DNA of 64,000 nt from an uncultured archaeon (GCA_964473825.1 CAYYQL010000008.1:35374-99373), one strand, 5' to 3'; counted from the stretch's first letter, positions 49,365 to 59,917 are shown. The notes: a model not told the origin generated them from the letters alone. Numbers and translations are program-made.

Positions 49365-50360
49365 ATGCCCGGACTAGTTGTCAGGAAGAGCAATGGGGAC
49401 CTGCGATGGTATCCATTTTTCAGACAGGGAGCGATGTATACATTCTATACTTCGAAAGAACATGAGCAGACCAGAACTGCATTCGAAGTTGGAAAGGGAT
49501 TCGATTTCGAGAAGTATTTTCCAGGGTTCTGGTTGAGGCCCTCGGATGAAATACTGCTCAGAGGCATTCCGGGTGGAAACTCATTGGTGGTCCTTGAAGA
49601 TGACGGTGACCTCAGATTCTATCCGTTCAAGAATGAAACCTTCTATACCGACGGACACGGAGAAAGGGTAGGCCGTGGCTTTCGAGCTGAGTGGGACTAT
49701 GTTGTTGCTGCGTGGACAGGGAATGGAACCTCAGACCTACTTGTGAGAGATGATGACGGGAATCTAAGATTGTTCCCATGGGATGGTACGCGGTTTCAGG
49801 AGCTTGGCAGAGATGAACGTGTTGGACAGGGATTTCATATGGAAAAATACACGCATCTCTTGCCGGGTCATTGGACCGGGGGACCCACTCCTGATCTATT
49901 GGTTCGCGAGGACAACGGAAACCTTTGGGTATATCCTTTTGACGGAAAGAGTTTCAAAGATCAGGCTAAACCCAGGAAGGTAGGTAGAGGGTTTGATGAT
50001 GGGTTCACACACTATCTTGTGGCTGAATGGACAAAGAATGGCAGTCCTGATCTCATCGTACTGAGTAAGAACGGAGATTTGAGGCTTTACCCCTATGGGA
50101 GTTTTGATTCAGATAAGGACTACCTACATTTCAGCGACGAACCTTACAAGAGAGTTGGTCGGGGCTTCCGAGAAGACTGGACATATCTTATTGGCTATTG
50201 GAAAGAACTTGGTTCACCCGAGTTGATTGTATGTGATGATGATGGCGAGATGCGGTTTTATCCATTCAGCGGCAGTGAGTTGATCGACCTTCCACGCAGC
50301 GAGAAATATGTCGGAAAGGGATGGAACTTTACTCATCTTTGGCCATTCTATCCGACGTAG
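49365..50360 (+). CDS. six-repeat beta-propeller protein (FG-GAP/tachylectin-like)
   Basis: Six repeats of DLxVxxxxGxLxxYP[FWY]...VGxG[FW]...W. Confidence 0.75.
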   Translation: MPGLVVRKSNGDLRWYPFFRQGAMYTFYTSKEHEQTRTAFEVGKGFDFEKYFPGFWLRPSDEILLRGIPGGNSLVVLEDDGDLRFYPFKNETFYTDGHGERVGRGFRAEWDYVVAAWTGNGTSDLLVRDDDGNLRLFPWDGTRFQELGRDERVGQGFHMEKYTHLLPGHWTGGPTPDLLVREDNGNLWVYPFDGKSFKDQAKPRKVGRGFDDGFTHYLVAEWTKNGSPDLIVLSKNGDLRLYPYGSFDSDKDYLHFSDEPYKRVGRGFREDWTYLIGYWKELGSPELIVCDDDGEMRFYPFSGSELIDLPRSEKYVGKGWNFTHLWPFYPT

Positions 50361-50510
50361 AGAAAAAGCGTGACCATGATCAGCCGCTAGTCATTCATTC
50401 GCCGGTATCCCATCTACCATCTTCACAGTGCCCGAGATGAAAATCTGAACTACGGGGTTTCTTCGCCCTTCTTACTCCCTTTGCTAAGTAGACCAAAACA
50501 ATATTAGCAA

Positions 50511-51305
50511 ATGCCCGGCCGTTCGAAAACGCCCGTTGTGATGCCCATGGACGTTCATGAGAAAGATGAGATAGGTGAGATGGAGCTCTTCGACAGCAGC
50601 GATGACAGCAAGCTTTCAGCCATCGGCATCATCTTAGCAGCGCTCTACGGAGTTAGCACCCTAGTTCCAATCAGTGCCTTTCTCGGTGCAGTTGGATCAA
50701 TCAGTCTAACGATCTGCATTGCTCCTCTGTTCGGAATACTACTTGGCCCCGGCAGAGGATTTGCCTTCGGTCTCGTGGCAGGCCTTTTGCAGGCGTTTCT
50801 ATCGGTCTTTGTTTTCAATATCAGCCTCGCAGTTCCTACCATCATTCTCGGTCCTGCCATATCAGGTCTATTTACGGGTCTTACTATTCAGAAAAGAGTC
50901 AGCACGGGACGTTTTCATATTCCCGGTCCGACTGTTACTGCTTGCTACTTGTTCGTCATCACACTGCTTTACCTTATTACAAATTTCTCGGCGTGGTGGT
51001 TCATGAGCCTTTACGTGGTTGCTGCTCTCGTATCTCTCAGTCTGCAGATTCTGGACATCCAGTTCGACTGGTCCAAGAGGGGCTGGCGGAGGTACCTTCA
51101 GATACTTCCATTCACTCTGATTGGAACCATGACTGACTTCTCCATGATGACTCTTGGTGCAGTCTATATTCTGAACCTTCCTGCAGAACTATTTGGATAT
51201 GTCATCTTTCCCCTTATGTTGAGTGAACGTGTTATTGCCGTCATCATCAGTTCGCTGCTCTCTGCAGTGGTTTTGACAACCTTCCCCTCCGTTTGGAAAG
51301 AATAG
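50511..51305 (+). CDS. ECF transporter S-component-like membrane protein
   Basis: AALY...PIS...APLFGILLGP...ERVIA; ~7 TM helices. Confidence 0.6.
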   Translation: MPGRSKTPVVMPMDVHEKDEIGEMELFDSSDDSKLSAIGIILAALYGVSTLVPISAFLGAVGSISLTICIAPLFGILLGPGRGFAFGLVAGLLQAFLSVFVFNISLAVPTIILGPAISGLFTGLTIQKRVSTGRFHIPGPTVTACYLFVITLLYLITNFSAWWFMSLYVVAALVSLSLQILDIQFDWSKRGWRRYLQILPFTLIGTMTDFSMMTLGAVYILNLPAELFGYVIFPLMLSERVIAVIISSLLSAVVLTTFPSVWKE

Positions 51306-51318
51306 TATCAGAACTATG

Positions 51319-51924
51319 TCACAGCTCTTGAATGAGAGCTCGAATTGTTTCGACAAGCTCATCTAGTCCCATATTCGGCATTGATTGACTCTGCTTCTCG
51401 ATTGCCTGAGCTGGAAGGGGTGGTACATGGACAAAGAGGACTTTGGCATCGAGAACTCCTTCGGATATCATGGCTAGAACTCTGTAAAAGATGAAGTTGC
51501 AGCCATAGGTGCCTGCGTGATAACTGGTAAAGACGGAGAAACCTCTCTCTCTGAGTTTCCTTGCTAGCGTGTTGACATCGACGTTTGAGAAATACCCGAC
51601 GGGTCCTGAAGACGATACAAAATCGTTCTCCGGTTTGTAGCCCTTGTTGTCCTCTCTCTCGGTGCTGACAGCGTTCACTGCCATTCTCTCTATTGTGACG
51701 GAGCCTCTGTTTGATTGTCCCATCAGTACGATAACACTGGGAGAGAACTCGTCCACGTACCGTTCGATCACAGAAACCATGGTCCGGTAGTCTAATGGAA
51801 GGACTCTCCCGATGATTCTACGGTCAGCTATCTCCTCGCCATCGAGTTGCTTAGCCACCTCTGCGGAAGGATTCAGGCTGTGGCCATCAAAGGGTTCGAA
51901 ACCAGTGATCAAGATTGTCTTCAT
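51319..51924 (-). CDS. pcp: pyroglutamyl-peptidase I
   Basis: ILITGFEPF, NPS, IERMAVN, AGTYGCN, FVHVP. Confidence 0.95.
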   Translation of the reverse strand: MKTILITGFEPFDGHSLNPSAEVAKQLDGEEIADRRIIGRVLPLDYRTMVSVIERYVDEFSPSVIVLMGQSNRGSVTIERMAVNAVSTEREDNKGYKPENDFVSSSGPVGYFSNVDVNTLARKLRERGFSVFTSYHAGTYGCNFIFYRVLAMISEGVLDAKVLFVHVPPLPAQAIEKQSQSMPNMGLDELVETIRALIQEL

Positions 51925-52072
51925 GGTTGTTCACCTGCTTGACGAGTTAGATTAGTCCTCCTGAATGCACAATTCATGGATACTCAATCATCAGTTCATG
52001 AATGCTAAGAATCACATCTCCTCGGCAAGGACTCTCTTCTGAGACGGTTTCTAAGCCTTTTCAAGGATTTCA

Positions 52073-52750
52073 TCACCCCGAAGTCAGTGCTATTTGTAGT
52101 GCTTGGAGCACAAACCAACCCCCCAGGACGAGCTGAAAAACGCCAATGACCACAGTGATCCAGTTGATACTTCCAAGCATAGCCTTCTTTGTGGCCTTCT
52201 CAGTACCCACTGTCAAAAAAACTCCGAACAAAAAGTCTGTGGATACATGTGTCAAGTAGATGAGGGTACCGGCTAGCAGCACAGTGCCAACACCTGTCTG
52301 AAGTTCGGCAACAAGCATAGTGACGGATGACAAGCCAACAGCGAACCACCAGAGAAGGAAGTAGGGACTCAGAACACTCACTGCTGCGCCCTGTGCAGTG
52401 GCCTCTAGTGCAGTGCTTGCTGGAATCTCTGAGGGACTGTCGAGCTTCTTCGTCTGGTCAGTTATGCGATACTCTCTGAGAGCAATCATCCCAAAGATTA
52501 CGATAACTGCCCCTCCAAATCCGAGTATGAGGGAGATTGCCACCTGTGTGAGAGGCAGTGCATGTACTCCAAGGACGATTGCAGCTACAATGCCAATCTC
52601 TACGATTGCATGGCCAACCATAGGCAAGATCCCGTGCAGCCTGCCGTGTCGGTTAGCCTGCATAACAACTGCAGCAGATAGGGGACCTGGAGCAAGTGCT
52701 CCAGTTAGAGAAAGGACAAACCATGCGATAAGAGTCTCAACGACTGTCAA
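52073..52750 (-). CDS. LysE family translocator
   Basis: SLTGALAPGPL, VGHAIVE, SPYFLLWW. Confidence 0.88.
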   Translation of the reverse strand: MTVVETLIAWFVLSLTGALAPGPLSAAVVMQANRHGRLHGILPMVGHAIVEIGIVAAIVLGVHALPLTQVAISLILGFGGAVIVIFGMIALREYRITDQTKKLDSPSEIPASTALEATAQGAAVSVLSPYFLLWWFAVGLSSVTMLVAELQTGVGTVLLAGTLIYLTHVSTDFLFGVFLTVGTEKATKKAMLGSINWITVVIGVFQLVLGGWFVLQALQIALTSG

Positions 52751-53014
52751 GTGTTTGACCTCAAAGCTACAGACTTAGTCTTTCTCTGAAATCCTTGTCG
52801 GTTGAGCTATGGTCCTTCGTCCATCGCAGCTTGATGAACTTAGAGATAGTTGAACCAAGTGGTCTCAATGTATCGTCAAAGAATCTCCGGATCCCTTTCT
52901 AGACATAGAATGCAGGAGCTTGGGATTTCCTATTCTCATGCTCTGACAAGAAGTGCGTTCTTGACCTATAGGAGGTCTTAATAGCTCGGACGTAACACGA
53001 CGAATTGCATCAGA

Positions 53015-53683
53015 ATGGATGAAAGCGACGAAGACGGCTATACTTTTGGCGATCAAGAGAACGGCGATTTTTCTTTAATATCAAGCATAGGTGATCAACT
53101 GGAACTCACAGGCGGAATGGAGATAGCCCGTAGGTATCTCGCCATGAATGCATTTGATGGCGTCTTACCGGTGATAGGAATCGTGATGGGTGCCATTATC
53201 TCAACCCTTGTACAGCCGGTTGAGGTGGTTTTTGCAACAACACTTCTGGCAGCAATCGGAACGAGTATTGCAATGTTCGTGTCCGGTATTGGCTCCTCGT
53301 ATCTTACAGAGAAGGCAGAGAGACAAAAGGAGTTCAAGGAACTTGAGAGAGCGATGTTAGCAGACATGAGTCGAAGTGCTTATGCAAAGGCTACGAAGAC
53401 AACCACGCGGATTGTGTCACTTATCAACGGCTTGTCACCAGCAGTGGCGGTCATCATCACAGTATTTCCCATGATTCTGGCATCTCTCGGTCTGATTCCT
53501 TACCTTGAGTCTTTCTATCTGTCAATCGTTGCAGGAGTAGCTCTACTTTTTGGTCTTGGACTCTTTCTCGGCAAGGTGGCTGGAGGGAATCGTTACGTAT
53601 ATGCTCTTAAGACGTTGGGAACTGGATTGGTGCTCATCCTCATTATGTGGTTGATTTCATTGTTTACGGGTTCTTTCGGATGA
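53015..53683 (+). CDS. VIT1/CCC1 family membrane protein
   Basis: RRYLAMNAFDG, SYLTEKAE, LFGLGLFLGKV. Confidence 0.85.
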   Translation: MDESDEDGYTFGDQENGDFSLISSIGDQLELTGGMEIARRYLAMNAFDGVLPVIGIVMGAIISTLVQPVEVVFATTLLAAIGTSIAMFVSGIGSSYLTEKAERQKEFKELERAMLADMSRSAYAKATKTTTRIVSLINGLSPAVAVIITVFPMILASLGLIPYLESFYLSIVAGVALLFGLGLFLGKVAGGNRYVYALKTLGTGLVLILIMWLISLFTGSFG

Positions 53684-53862
53684 CCTGTGCAAGCTGCTAT
53701 GCTTCATGCTGTCATAGGGTTGTTGCGAGGCTGATGAGAAGGCTGGCGATGTTCAAGGTATCAGAAGCTGCAGCGGACTTTGTAATACAACCAATACGGA
53801 CCATGACGATGTACAGAAGTGAGTAGTCGAGAAATCCTTAATAATCGTGCCAAGAGAGCATC

Positions 53863-55047
53863 ATGCTAGTTCTCGGAGCTGCTACTCTATTGAAGCAAGT
53901 CCAGATTGTGGTACCCTATGACAAAACTGAACCTGTGTTTGGTTTTGTGATAGATCACCTGAATGCCAAGAATGTACTGCGATTCGCCACTGATACAGCA
54001 CACATACTGCAGTTTAGAATACCCGACGACGCAGTTTTAGAGACCGTTGAGAAGCTGAAGAGTCGTGGTGTTGGGGTCGAATACGGTTTCATAGACATCA
54101 TGGATTTGAGAACATCACTACCCCGTGAGGCAGACGACACCGGTGAGAGGCGAATTCAGCGAGAGGCAGCCCTGGCAGTTGAAGAGATATATGATAATGT
54201 CAGGCAGCAGGCCTCTATCAGTTTCGATTTCATTGCATTCGTTGTGCTGGCAGCTTTGATGGCAGGGTTGGGCCTAGCACAAAACAACGTCACTGTCATT
54301 GTTGCCTCCATGTTGCTGTCGCCGCTCATGGGGCCGATGCTCGGTGCTGCACTTGGTTACGTAGTAGGCGACCGCTCTTTGTTCATCCTAGGTACTCGGA
54401 ATGAGATGATTGCACTTGTCCTATCTTTTGCTGTAGGCGCTGTTGTGGCACTGGTTCTACCCCTGGTATATCCCGCGTTGATTCCCACCGTTCTGTCAGA
54501 CATAGACGGCGGTGTTCTCACTGAGATCACCCGGAGAGCAGGTTTCAGCCCACTCGACGTCGGGGTTGCCATATTCTCAGGCGCAGCAGTAGCTGTTTCT
54601 ATGACACGTGGGGATATGTCAACACTCGTTGGCGTTGCGATATCTGCTGCTCTTATGCCCCCAGCTGTCAATGTCGGGCTCATGATTGTCCTTGGACTTG
54701 TCAGCTCCTCTGCGGCAATGATTCAAATCGGTATTGGATCATTGGTGCTACTCGTGATGAACATCGTGATTATCGACATATCTGCAATAATCATGTTCCG
54801 CATCAAGAAGCTAACTGCCATAGCAGACAAGTCTGCCACATGGAAGGCAGTGACAGAGTTTCAGAAGACTGGAACTACTACTCTTTATCATCATCCTCCA
54901 CCACAGGCTATCGCTCAGAGTCTGGAGAAGCCCCGAGAACCTTCAGCTGTTGCATCCTTCAAACCAGCCAATAGTTCGAAAGAGAAACCGTCCCAGAAGG
55001 ATATCTCTTCAATCGAAGACGAGGAGTCAAACCACAATCAGTCATGA
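53863..55047 (+). CDS. TIGR00341/DUF389 family membrane protein
   Basis: IVASMLLSPLMGP, LVGVAISAALMPP. Confidence 0.88.
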   Translation: MLVLGAATLLKQVQIVVPYDKTEPVFGFVIDHLNAKNVLRFATDTAHILQFRIPDDAVLETVEKLKSRGVGVEYGFIDIMDLRTSLPREADDTGERRIQREAALAVEEIYDNVRQQASISFDFIAFVVLAALMAGLGLAQNNVTVIVASMLLSPLMGPMLGAALGYVVGDRSLFILGTRNEMIALVLSFAVGAVVALVLPLVYPALIPTVLSDIDGGVLTEITRRAGFSPLDVGVAIFSGAAVAVSMTRGDMSTLVGVAISAALMPPAVNVGLMIVLGLVSSSAAMIQIGIGSLVLLVMNIVIIDISAIIMFRIKKLTAIADKSATWKAVTEFQKTGTTTLYHHPPPQAIAQSLEKPREPSAVASFKPANSSKEKPSQKDISSIEDEESNHNQS

Positions 55048-55118
55048 TTTTCTGTTCTCAGAGTATGACGCCTATAATACAGAGAACTATAGATGGTTAA
55101 CCCTCTAACCGAGTTAAC

Positions 55119-55403
55119 TTGGTGACGAATTTGAGGCAGATTAAGGGTTCAAAGAATAAGCTACTGAAAGGGCTCACAGAACATGACGTTCTTGTGTGGG
55201 AGGAGGAGAAGATGCGATACCAGCGGCGCGTGGGAGAGAAAGTCACAGATCTCCAGTTCCTGAGGTATCTTCTTGTGCGAGCTTCACGACCCGTTATCTC
55301 ATCCAAGGAGGGTGTTGCATCTGGGTTCCTGACAGGACATGGTCCTCTATACGATAAACGGGAGAATCTCACAGACACGGTCAATGCCGATGAGCGTAGT
55401 TAG
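55119..55403 (+). CDS. small hypothetical protein
   Basis: 94-aa ORF in an otherwise empty gap, with natural-looking composition; no motif recognised. Confidence 0.4.
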   Translation: MVTNLRQIKGSKNKLLKGLTEHDVLVWEEEKMRYQRRVGEKVTDLQFLRYLLVRASRPVISSKEGVASGFLTGHGPLYDKRENLTDTVNADERS

Positions 55404-55770
55404 CACCTCTCTCTATGCTATGTGGATCTGTTCAGCAAGATGGTTCCCTAAGAGCTGCTCTCTTTCGCGCGTCTGATTCAATTTGGTTTCTTTGGTGCTA
55501 GCGAATCGTTTTTAACGCTAGGGACCAAACAGACACTAGAGTCTGACTAACTGGAATTAGTGCTGAACGAGAGAACAGTGAACTACATGGAAACCTTACT
55601 ATCAAGAGAAGAGAGAGCTATCTTACCTGACTGGGCATCATCTTTCATGATGGTAGCCGGACACGCCTTTTCAAGAGTGGCTCGTGTTTCTCTGTACTAT
55701 ATGGAAAGAAGTAGACTACCTGTAATGGGCAGGTCAGAAGAACATACAGAGTGCTGATGTGGTGGTTGGA

Positions 55771-56445
55771 ATGTCCACTGATGAACAATATGACTTGGAT
55801 AAGGTCTTCAAGGCCCTAGGTCACACGACAAGACGCAGAATCCTAAGGCTGCTTGCTCAGGGGCGGCGCTATCCGTATGAGCTGAGTAAGCTTCTCGACA
55901 TGAATCGTCGGGTCGTCTTAAAGCATCTTGAGGCTTTGGAAGATGCGGGACTTGTGAGCCACAAGGCTGGAGCAAGTGATGTAGGGCCTGATCGCACATA
56001 CTACACGCTCACTGTTAGCTTTGGTCTCTCAACCACTATCCTCCCCAACTCATTTGTCATTAGGCTGAGTCCAGGTAAGACCGCTTCTCTACAAATTAGG
56101 TCGAAACCTAAGCCCCGCGAAACACGGTCCGTTGAAGTGGAGGAAATCCGGCATCTTTTGGATGATTTGGGAAGGATAAACCGAAAACTCTCCGAGCTTG
56201 ATGAGGAGAGGATGAGATATGCATACGAACGTGGTCAGGTCATTGCCCGCATCGAACAGATACTGTCGGATTGCTCCTTTGACTCCGATACGTGTAGAGA
56301 GCTACGTTCAATCCTGAATCCTGTGAAGCGAGGAATACCCGAAACCACTGATATCGTGAGGAGGACATGGGCTCAGTCCGTTAATGAAATACTTGGGCTC
56401 TTTGATGATTTCATGAATCGACTCGATGGACATCAGCGAGAATGA
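55771..56445 (+). CDS. ArsR-family HTH regulator with coiled-coil tail
   Basis: VFKALGHTTRRRILRLLA...YELSKLL...KHLEALEDAGLV...GPDRTYY. Confidence 0.9.
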   Translation: MSTDEQYDLDKVFKALGHTTRRRILRLLAQGRRYPYELSKLLDMNRRVVLKHLEALEDAGLVSHKAGASDVGPDRTYYTLTVSFGLSTTILPNSFVIRLSPGKTASLQIRSKPKPRETRSVEVEEIRHLLDDLGRINRKLSELDEERMRYAYERGQVIARIEQILSDCSFDSDTCRELRSILNPVKRGIPETTDIVRRTWAQSVNEILGLFDDFMNRLDGHQRE

Positions 56446-56703
56446 AGGTGAAGGAGAAACATCGGCTCTAATGTGATACGCTAGCCTAGAGCGACCATGT
56501 GTCTTGAGCGGAACAACGTGCCCAATTCGTCAAGATACGGCATTCCATATCCTTCCAGAGAAAACAACATGCATCGAAGGTGTTCTCATTTCTGCTTCAT
56601 GTCATGTTTCAGGAGGCAAAGAATGCGGTTTTCTGAAATGGACAGAGCAAGTGAGAGTGGGGCCACCCCTGTTGGGGATCATGTTTGTCGTTCAATTCTT
56701 GGG

Positions 56704-57096
56704 TCACTCGCGGGGTGTTGCCAGATGTTTCTTGACAATCTTAAGCAGCTCGCTGCCTTGGAAGGGCTTGACTATGTATTCATCGGCGCCTAGCTCCATT
56801 CCTTGCTCCCTATCCTCCATCAGCCCTCGTGCAGTAAACATGAGAATTGGAGTCTTTTCAAACATAGTCTGAGATCGAAGCCTCCGACAGACCTCAAACC
56901 CATCGAGTTCTGGGAGCATTATATCAAGTAGGATGAGATCGGGTCGGCTGGATTCAGCTATTTCTAGTGCTTCAGTACCGTCGTAAGCAGCGATAACACT
57001 GAATCCATGACGTTCAAAAAAAGTCTTTGCCAGCTTGACAGTTATCTTCTCGTCATCAACTATTAGGATTGTCTTTCCTTTGGTTTCATCCTTCAT
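56704..57096 (-). CDS. stand-alone response regulator receiver
   Basis: ILIVDDE, LILLDIMLPELDG, FTA, GADEYIVKPF. Confidence 0.93.
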   Translation of the reverse strand: MKDETKGKTILIVDDEKITVKLAKTFFERHGFSVIAAYDGTEALEIAESSRPDLILLDIMLPELDGFEVCRRLRSQTMFEKTPILMFTARGLMEDREQGMELGADEYIVKPFQGSELLKIVKKHLATPRE

Positions 57097-57225
57097 GGTT
57101 GCGTTCCTCTTCGGCCCGAGTCATACTTTCTTTTCGTCCCGGTGGCCTTATTGATACCAAACGGTGGATGTCCATGCCTTAAGAATAAAGCTATCAGTCA
57201 TGTCATTGCCTAGTTGGCCAATGAA

Positions 57226-58809
57226 TCATAGTGACTCAAGCGTATCGAGGAACTCATTGAAGTATGGACATAGCCCGCCCTTCCAGTACAGGTTCCCGAA
57301 ACACTCTTTTTCCAGAGCCGTCCGTTCAATTCTGCACTCGTAGTTCTTTTCCGGATCAAAGAAGATGCATGAGTCGCTATCAATCGAACTATCATCAAAC
57401 ACATTCCTTCTCACTTCTATCATCGGAGATGAATCACCGGCCTGATCCCATCTTCTCCGGTCAGGAAGACCCTTCCGAACCTTCTCAACGAGTTCTGAAG
57501 GAGGTGTTGTGTCTGTACTCAGAGCAGAGACCAGCTCGCTGACATCTGCGTGATACAGTGCTAGAGGATACAGTATCTCCTCAGCGACCTTTCTTGCCAT
57601 GGAATATGCATGTATTGCCTGATTCATGTTGCATTGTAGATGGTATGTGTCGCCTAGCTGGAACCGCACAGCCATATGTATTGCGAGTAGACCTGCCCTA
57701 TCGGCAATATCTATGACCTCCTTATAGAGACCAATCGCCTTGCTGAAATCTCCCTTTCGAAGTGCCACATCGCCCAGATTTGTCTTTGCAACGGCCATTC
57801 CTCGCATATACTCAGCTTCTTGGCTTATTTCCAAAGCTCGTTGGTTGTAGCTCTCCATTTGTTCGAGCTGCCCAAGTGCCTTGTCAACCTCTCCAACGTT
57901 GATCAGTGTCTTAGCTAGGCCGATTTGATTGTTCAGTTCCTGTTGAACCAGGAGAAGCTCTTCAAACTGGTCTCTTGCATCCTGCAATTGGCCAAGATTC
58001 AGATAGATGATGCCTCTCAGGTTTCTTGCATTGGCAACTCCCTGCAACACTCCCATCCGCTCATATTTACCGATGCATGACCTGAGATAGCTGAGGGACT
58101 TTTCGTATTCATGACTGTATGTCAAGACATTCGCTCTGTAGTATGTTATGTCCGTTAACGCCAGAACGTGGTCGAGAAGTTTCGCTGTTTCCTCTGCCGA
58201 GTTCAGTCTAAGTATCGCCTCGTCTCGCTTCTTCGCCAGACCAGCGAGATGAGCCAGTATCAGTCTTGTTTCAAGAAGAGCAGCCTGAACCTTGGAACGA
58301 AGCCCCTCATCGGCTGTGGTGGATTCAGTGACACGTTCAATCCCATCCTCTGCAATGGTCCTGGCTTGGTCTGCATAGCCGAGGTTCATCAACACCTCCG
58401 ACAGCTTGCCGACAAGCTCAGCAAACACCACGTACCTCTTAGACTGCCATGCGTGGTTGACATAGTTTCGAAGGTTGTTAAGCCATCGGGGGTCAAGACT
58501 CTGAGTGCAGAATGAAGCAGCTGCATAGCCTCGACACGCAAGGTTTTGGCAGTTGCTGGAAAGAACCTCATTAAGATCATATCTTCCTCGCAAGTAAGCT
58601 GCCTTGCCGCACATAGCCAGCATATCAGATGACGCTTTTTCCCACTCTTGATTGACAACGAAATCAATTAGTACGTCAGTGAAGAGTCTGAATCTGTCTT
58701 TTCCGCTACTGGCCTCTGCTTCGATTGACTCACGCAAATACTGAGTTTCATCATTCGTGAGCCCGGTGCTGTACATGATGAATTCGGGGATTACTAGGTT
58801 TATTGTCAC
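57226..58809 (-). CDS. tetratricopeptide-repeat protein with C-terminal Cys4 domain
   Basis: Repeats such as ANARNLRGIIYLNLGQLQDA, AKTLINVGEV, AVAKTNLGDVALRKGDFSKA; tail C-x10-C-x10-C-x10-C. Confidence 0.85.
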   Translation of the reverse strand: MTINLVIPEFIMYSTGLTNDETQYLRESIEAEASSGKDRFRLFTDVLIDFVVNQEWEKASSDMLAMCGKAAYLRGRYDLNEVLSSNCQNLACRGYAAASFCTQSLDPRWLNNLRNYVNHAWQSKRYVVFAELVGKLSEVLMNLGYADQARTIAEDGIERVTESTTADEGLRSKVQAALLETRLILAHLAGLAKKRDEAILRLNSAEETAKLLDHVLALTDITYYRANVLTYSHEYEKSLSYLRSCIGKYERMGVLQGVANARNLRGIIYLNLGQLQDARDQFEELLLVQQELNNQIGLAKTLINVGEVDKALGQLEQMESYNQRALEISQEAEYMRGMAVAKTNLGDVALRKGDFSKAIGLYKEVIDIADRAGLLAIHMAVRFQLGDTYHLQCNMNQAIHAYSMARKVAEEILYPLALYHADVSELVSALSTDTTPPSELVEKVRKGLPDRRRWDQAGDSSPMIEVRRNVFDDSSIDSDSCIFFDPEKNYECRIERTALEKECFGNLYWKGGLCPYFNEFLDTLESL

Positions 58810-58968
58810 TCTTAGTCATTCATCCATCTCGGCTAATCTGAATCCTCGCGTAGTATCCGTACTAGTCCTTTCATGATGGCTGAAGCTACGTGGCCAAAAA
58901 AAGGATTCTAGGATATCTATTCGCATTTCCTGATTTCCTTTCCAAGTCATCGCATGGTGTTGGCCGTG

Positions 58969-59412
58969 TTATTTCAGAGGTGCTACTTTGCGAAGGATAT
59001 CTACCAGGTCGAATGTAGTGAACGGTTTCTGCAGTATCCCCCGTGCGCCTGCTGCAAATGCACTCTCCCCCAGACCCCGTCCGGGTTCTGATAGTGATAT
59101 GACAGTGATAGACGGATTGATGTCCAAGATCGATTCTATGAGACGAAGACCATCCTCCTCATTGATCTCTAGGTCCAGAATCACGGTGGCGGGCTCAACG
59201 TCTCTGCACTTGGCCAGCAACTCATGGTTCGATGAAGCCTCTCCTACTACCTGAAACCCTTCGTCTTCTATTGCAATCTTAAGAAGGGACCTAAGAAATG
59301 GTATCTCCCCCGCTATGATAACAGTCTTAGCTCTATCTTGGCCGAGGATTGTAGATCCCTCCCTCGAACTCGAGGATTCTATGCAAGATTTAGTCGCTAG
59401 CGGCGCTTTCAA
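58969..59412 (-). CDS. atypical stand-alone receiver
   Basis: VIIAGE replaces the acidic pair; VILDL, LS, GARGILQKPF retained; start uncertain. Confidence 0.85.
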   Translation of the reverse strand: MKAPLATKSCIESSSSREGSTILGQDRAKTVIIAGEIPFLRSLLKIAIEDEGFQVVGEASSNHELLAKCRDVEPATVILDLEINEEDGLRLIESILDINPSITVISLSEPGRGLGESAFAAGARGILQKPFTTFDLVDILRKVAPLK

Positions 59413-59752
59413 CCAAGTCCAACATGTGTCTGATTGTGACCGGTTTCAGCCCAAAACTCACAGCCCCGCCTTTGAGCGCTTGTTCCCTGACATTCGCGTC
59501 TGCGCTGATGAAGACTATCCGTGCCTCAGGATCTATGCCTAAAATCTCGGACATAGCTTCGAGACCATCCTTGTTCGGCATCCGATGGTCTAAGATGATC
59601 ACATCAGGTCTTGGCTCGAGATTCTCATAGGTCCTGATTGCTTCCTCGCCGTCAAAAGCATCAGCTACAACATGGTGTCCCTTGATTGCAAACACGTCCT
59701 TGTACAATCTGTGAAGAATCGCTTCATCGTCGATTATGAATATGGACACCAT
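59390..59752 (-). CDS. stand-alone CheY-like receiver
   Basis: IFIIDDE, IILDHRMPNKDG, FISA, KPV. Confidence 0.92.
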   Translation of the reverse strand: MVSIFIIDDEAILHRLYKDVFAIKGHHVVADAFDGEEAIRTYENLEPRPDVIILDHRMPNKDGLEAMSEILGIDPEARIVFISADANVREQALKGGAVSFGLKPVTIRHMLDLVESAASD

Positions 59753-59890
59753 TTCTCCCTGTACGTCCCTTGCTGCTTTCGCACTTGTAGTCCCCTGACA
59801 CGAGGCGGTCAGTTGTCCTGTTCACGACATGCTCTTTTATCTTTCTGTCGCTTGAGTTCAATCTAAGTGGACGTACAGTCTACAGAGAGA

Positions 59891-59917
59891 AATACGTTAT
59901 AAATGAATACGTGATAA
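59891..59917. repeat. 12-bp imperfect direct repeat
   Basis: AATACGTTATAA (59891-59902) and AATACGTGATAA (59906-59917). Confidence 0.6.

Noticed and set aside
55560-55757. 65-aa ORF upstream of the ArsR gene
   Set aside because: No recognisable features; cannot be distinguished from a chance ORF
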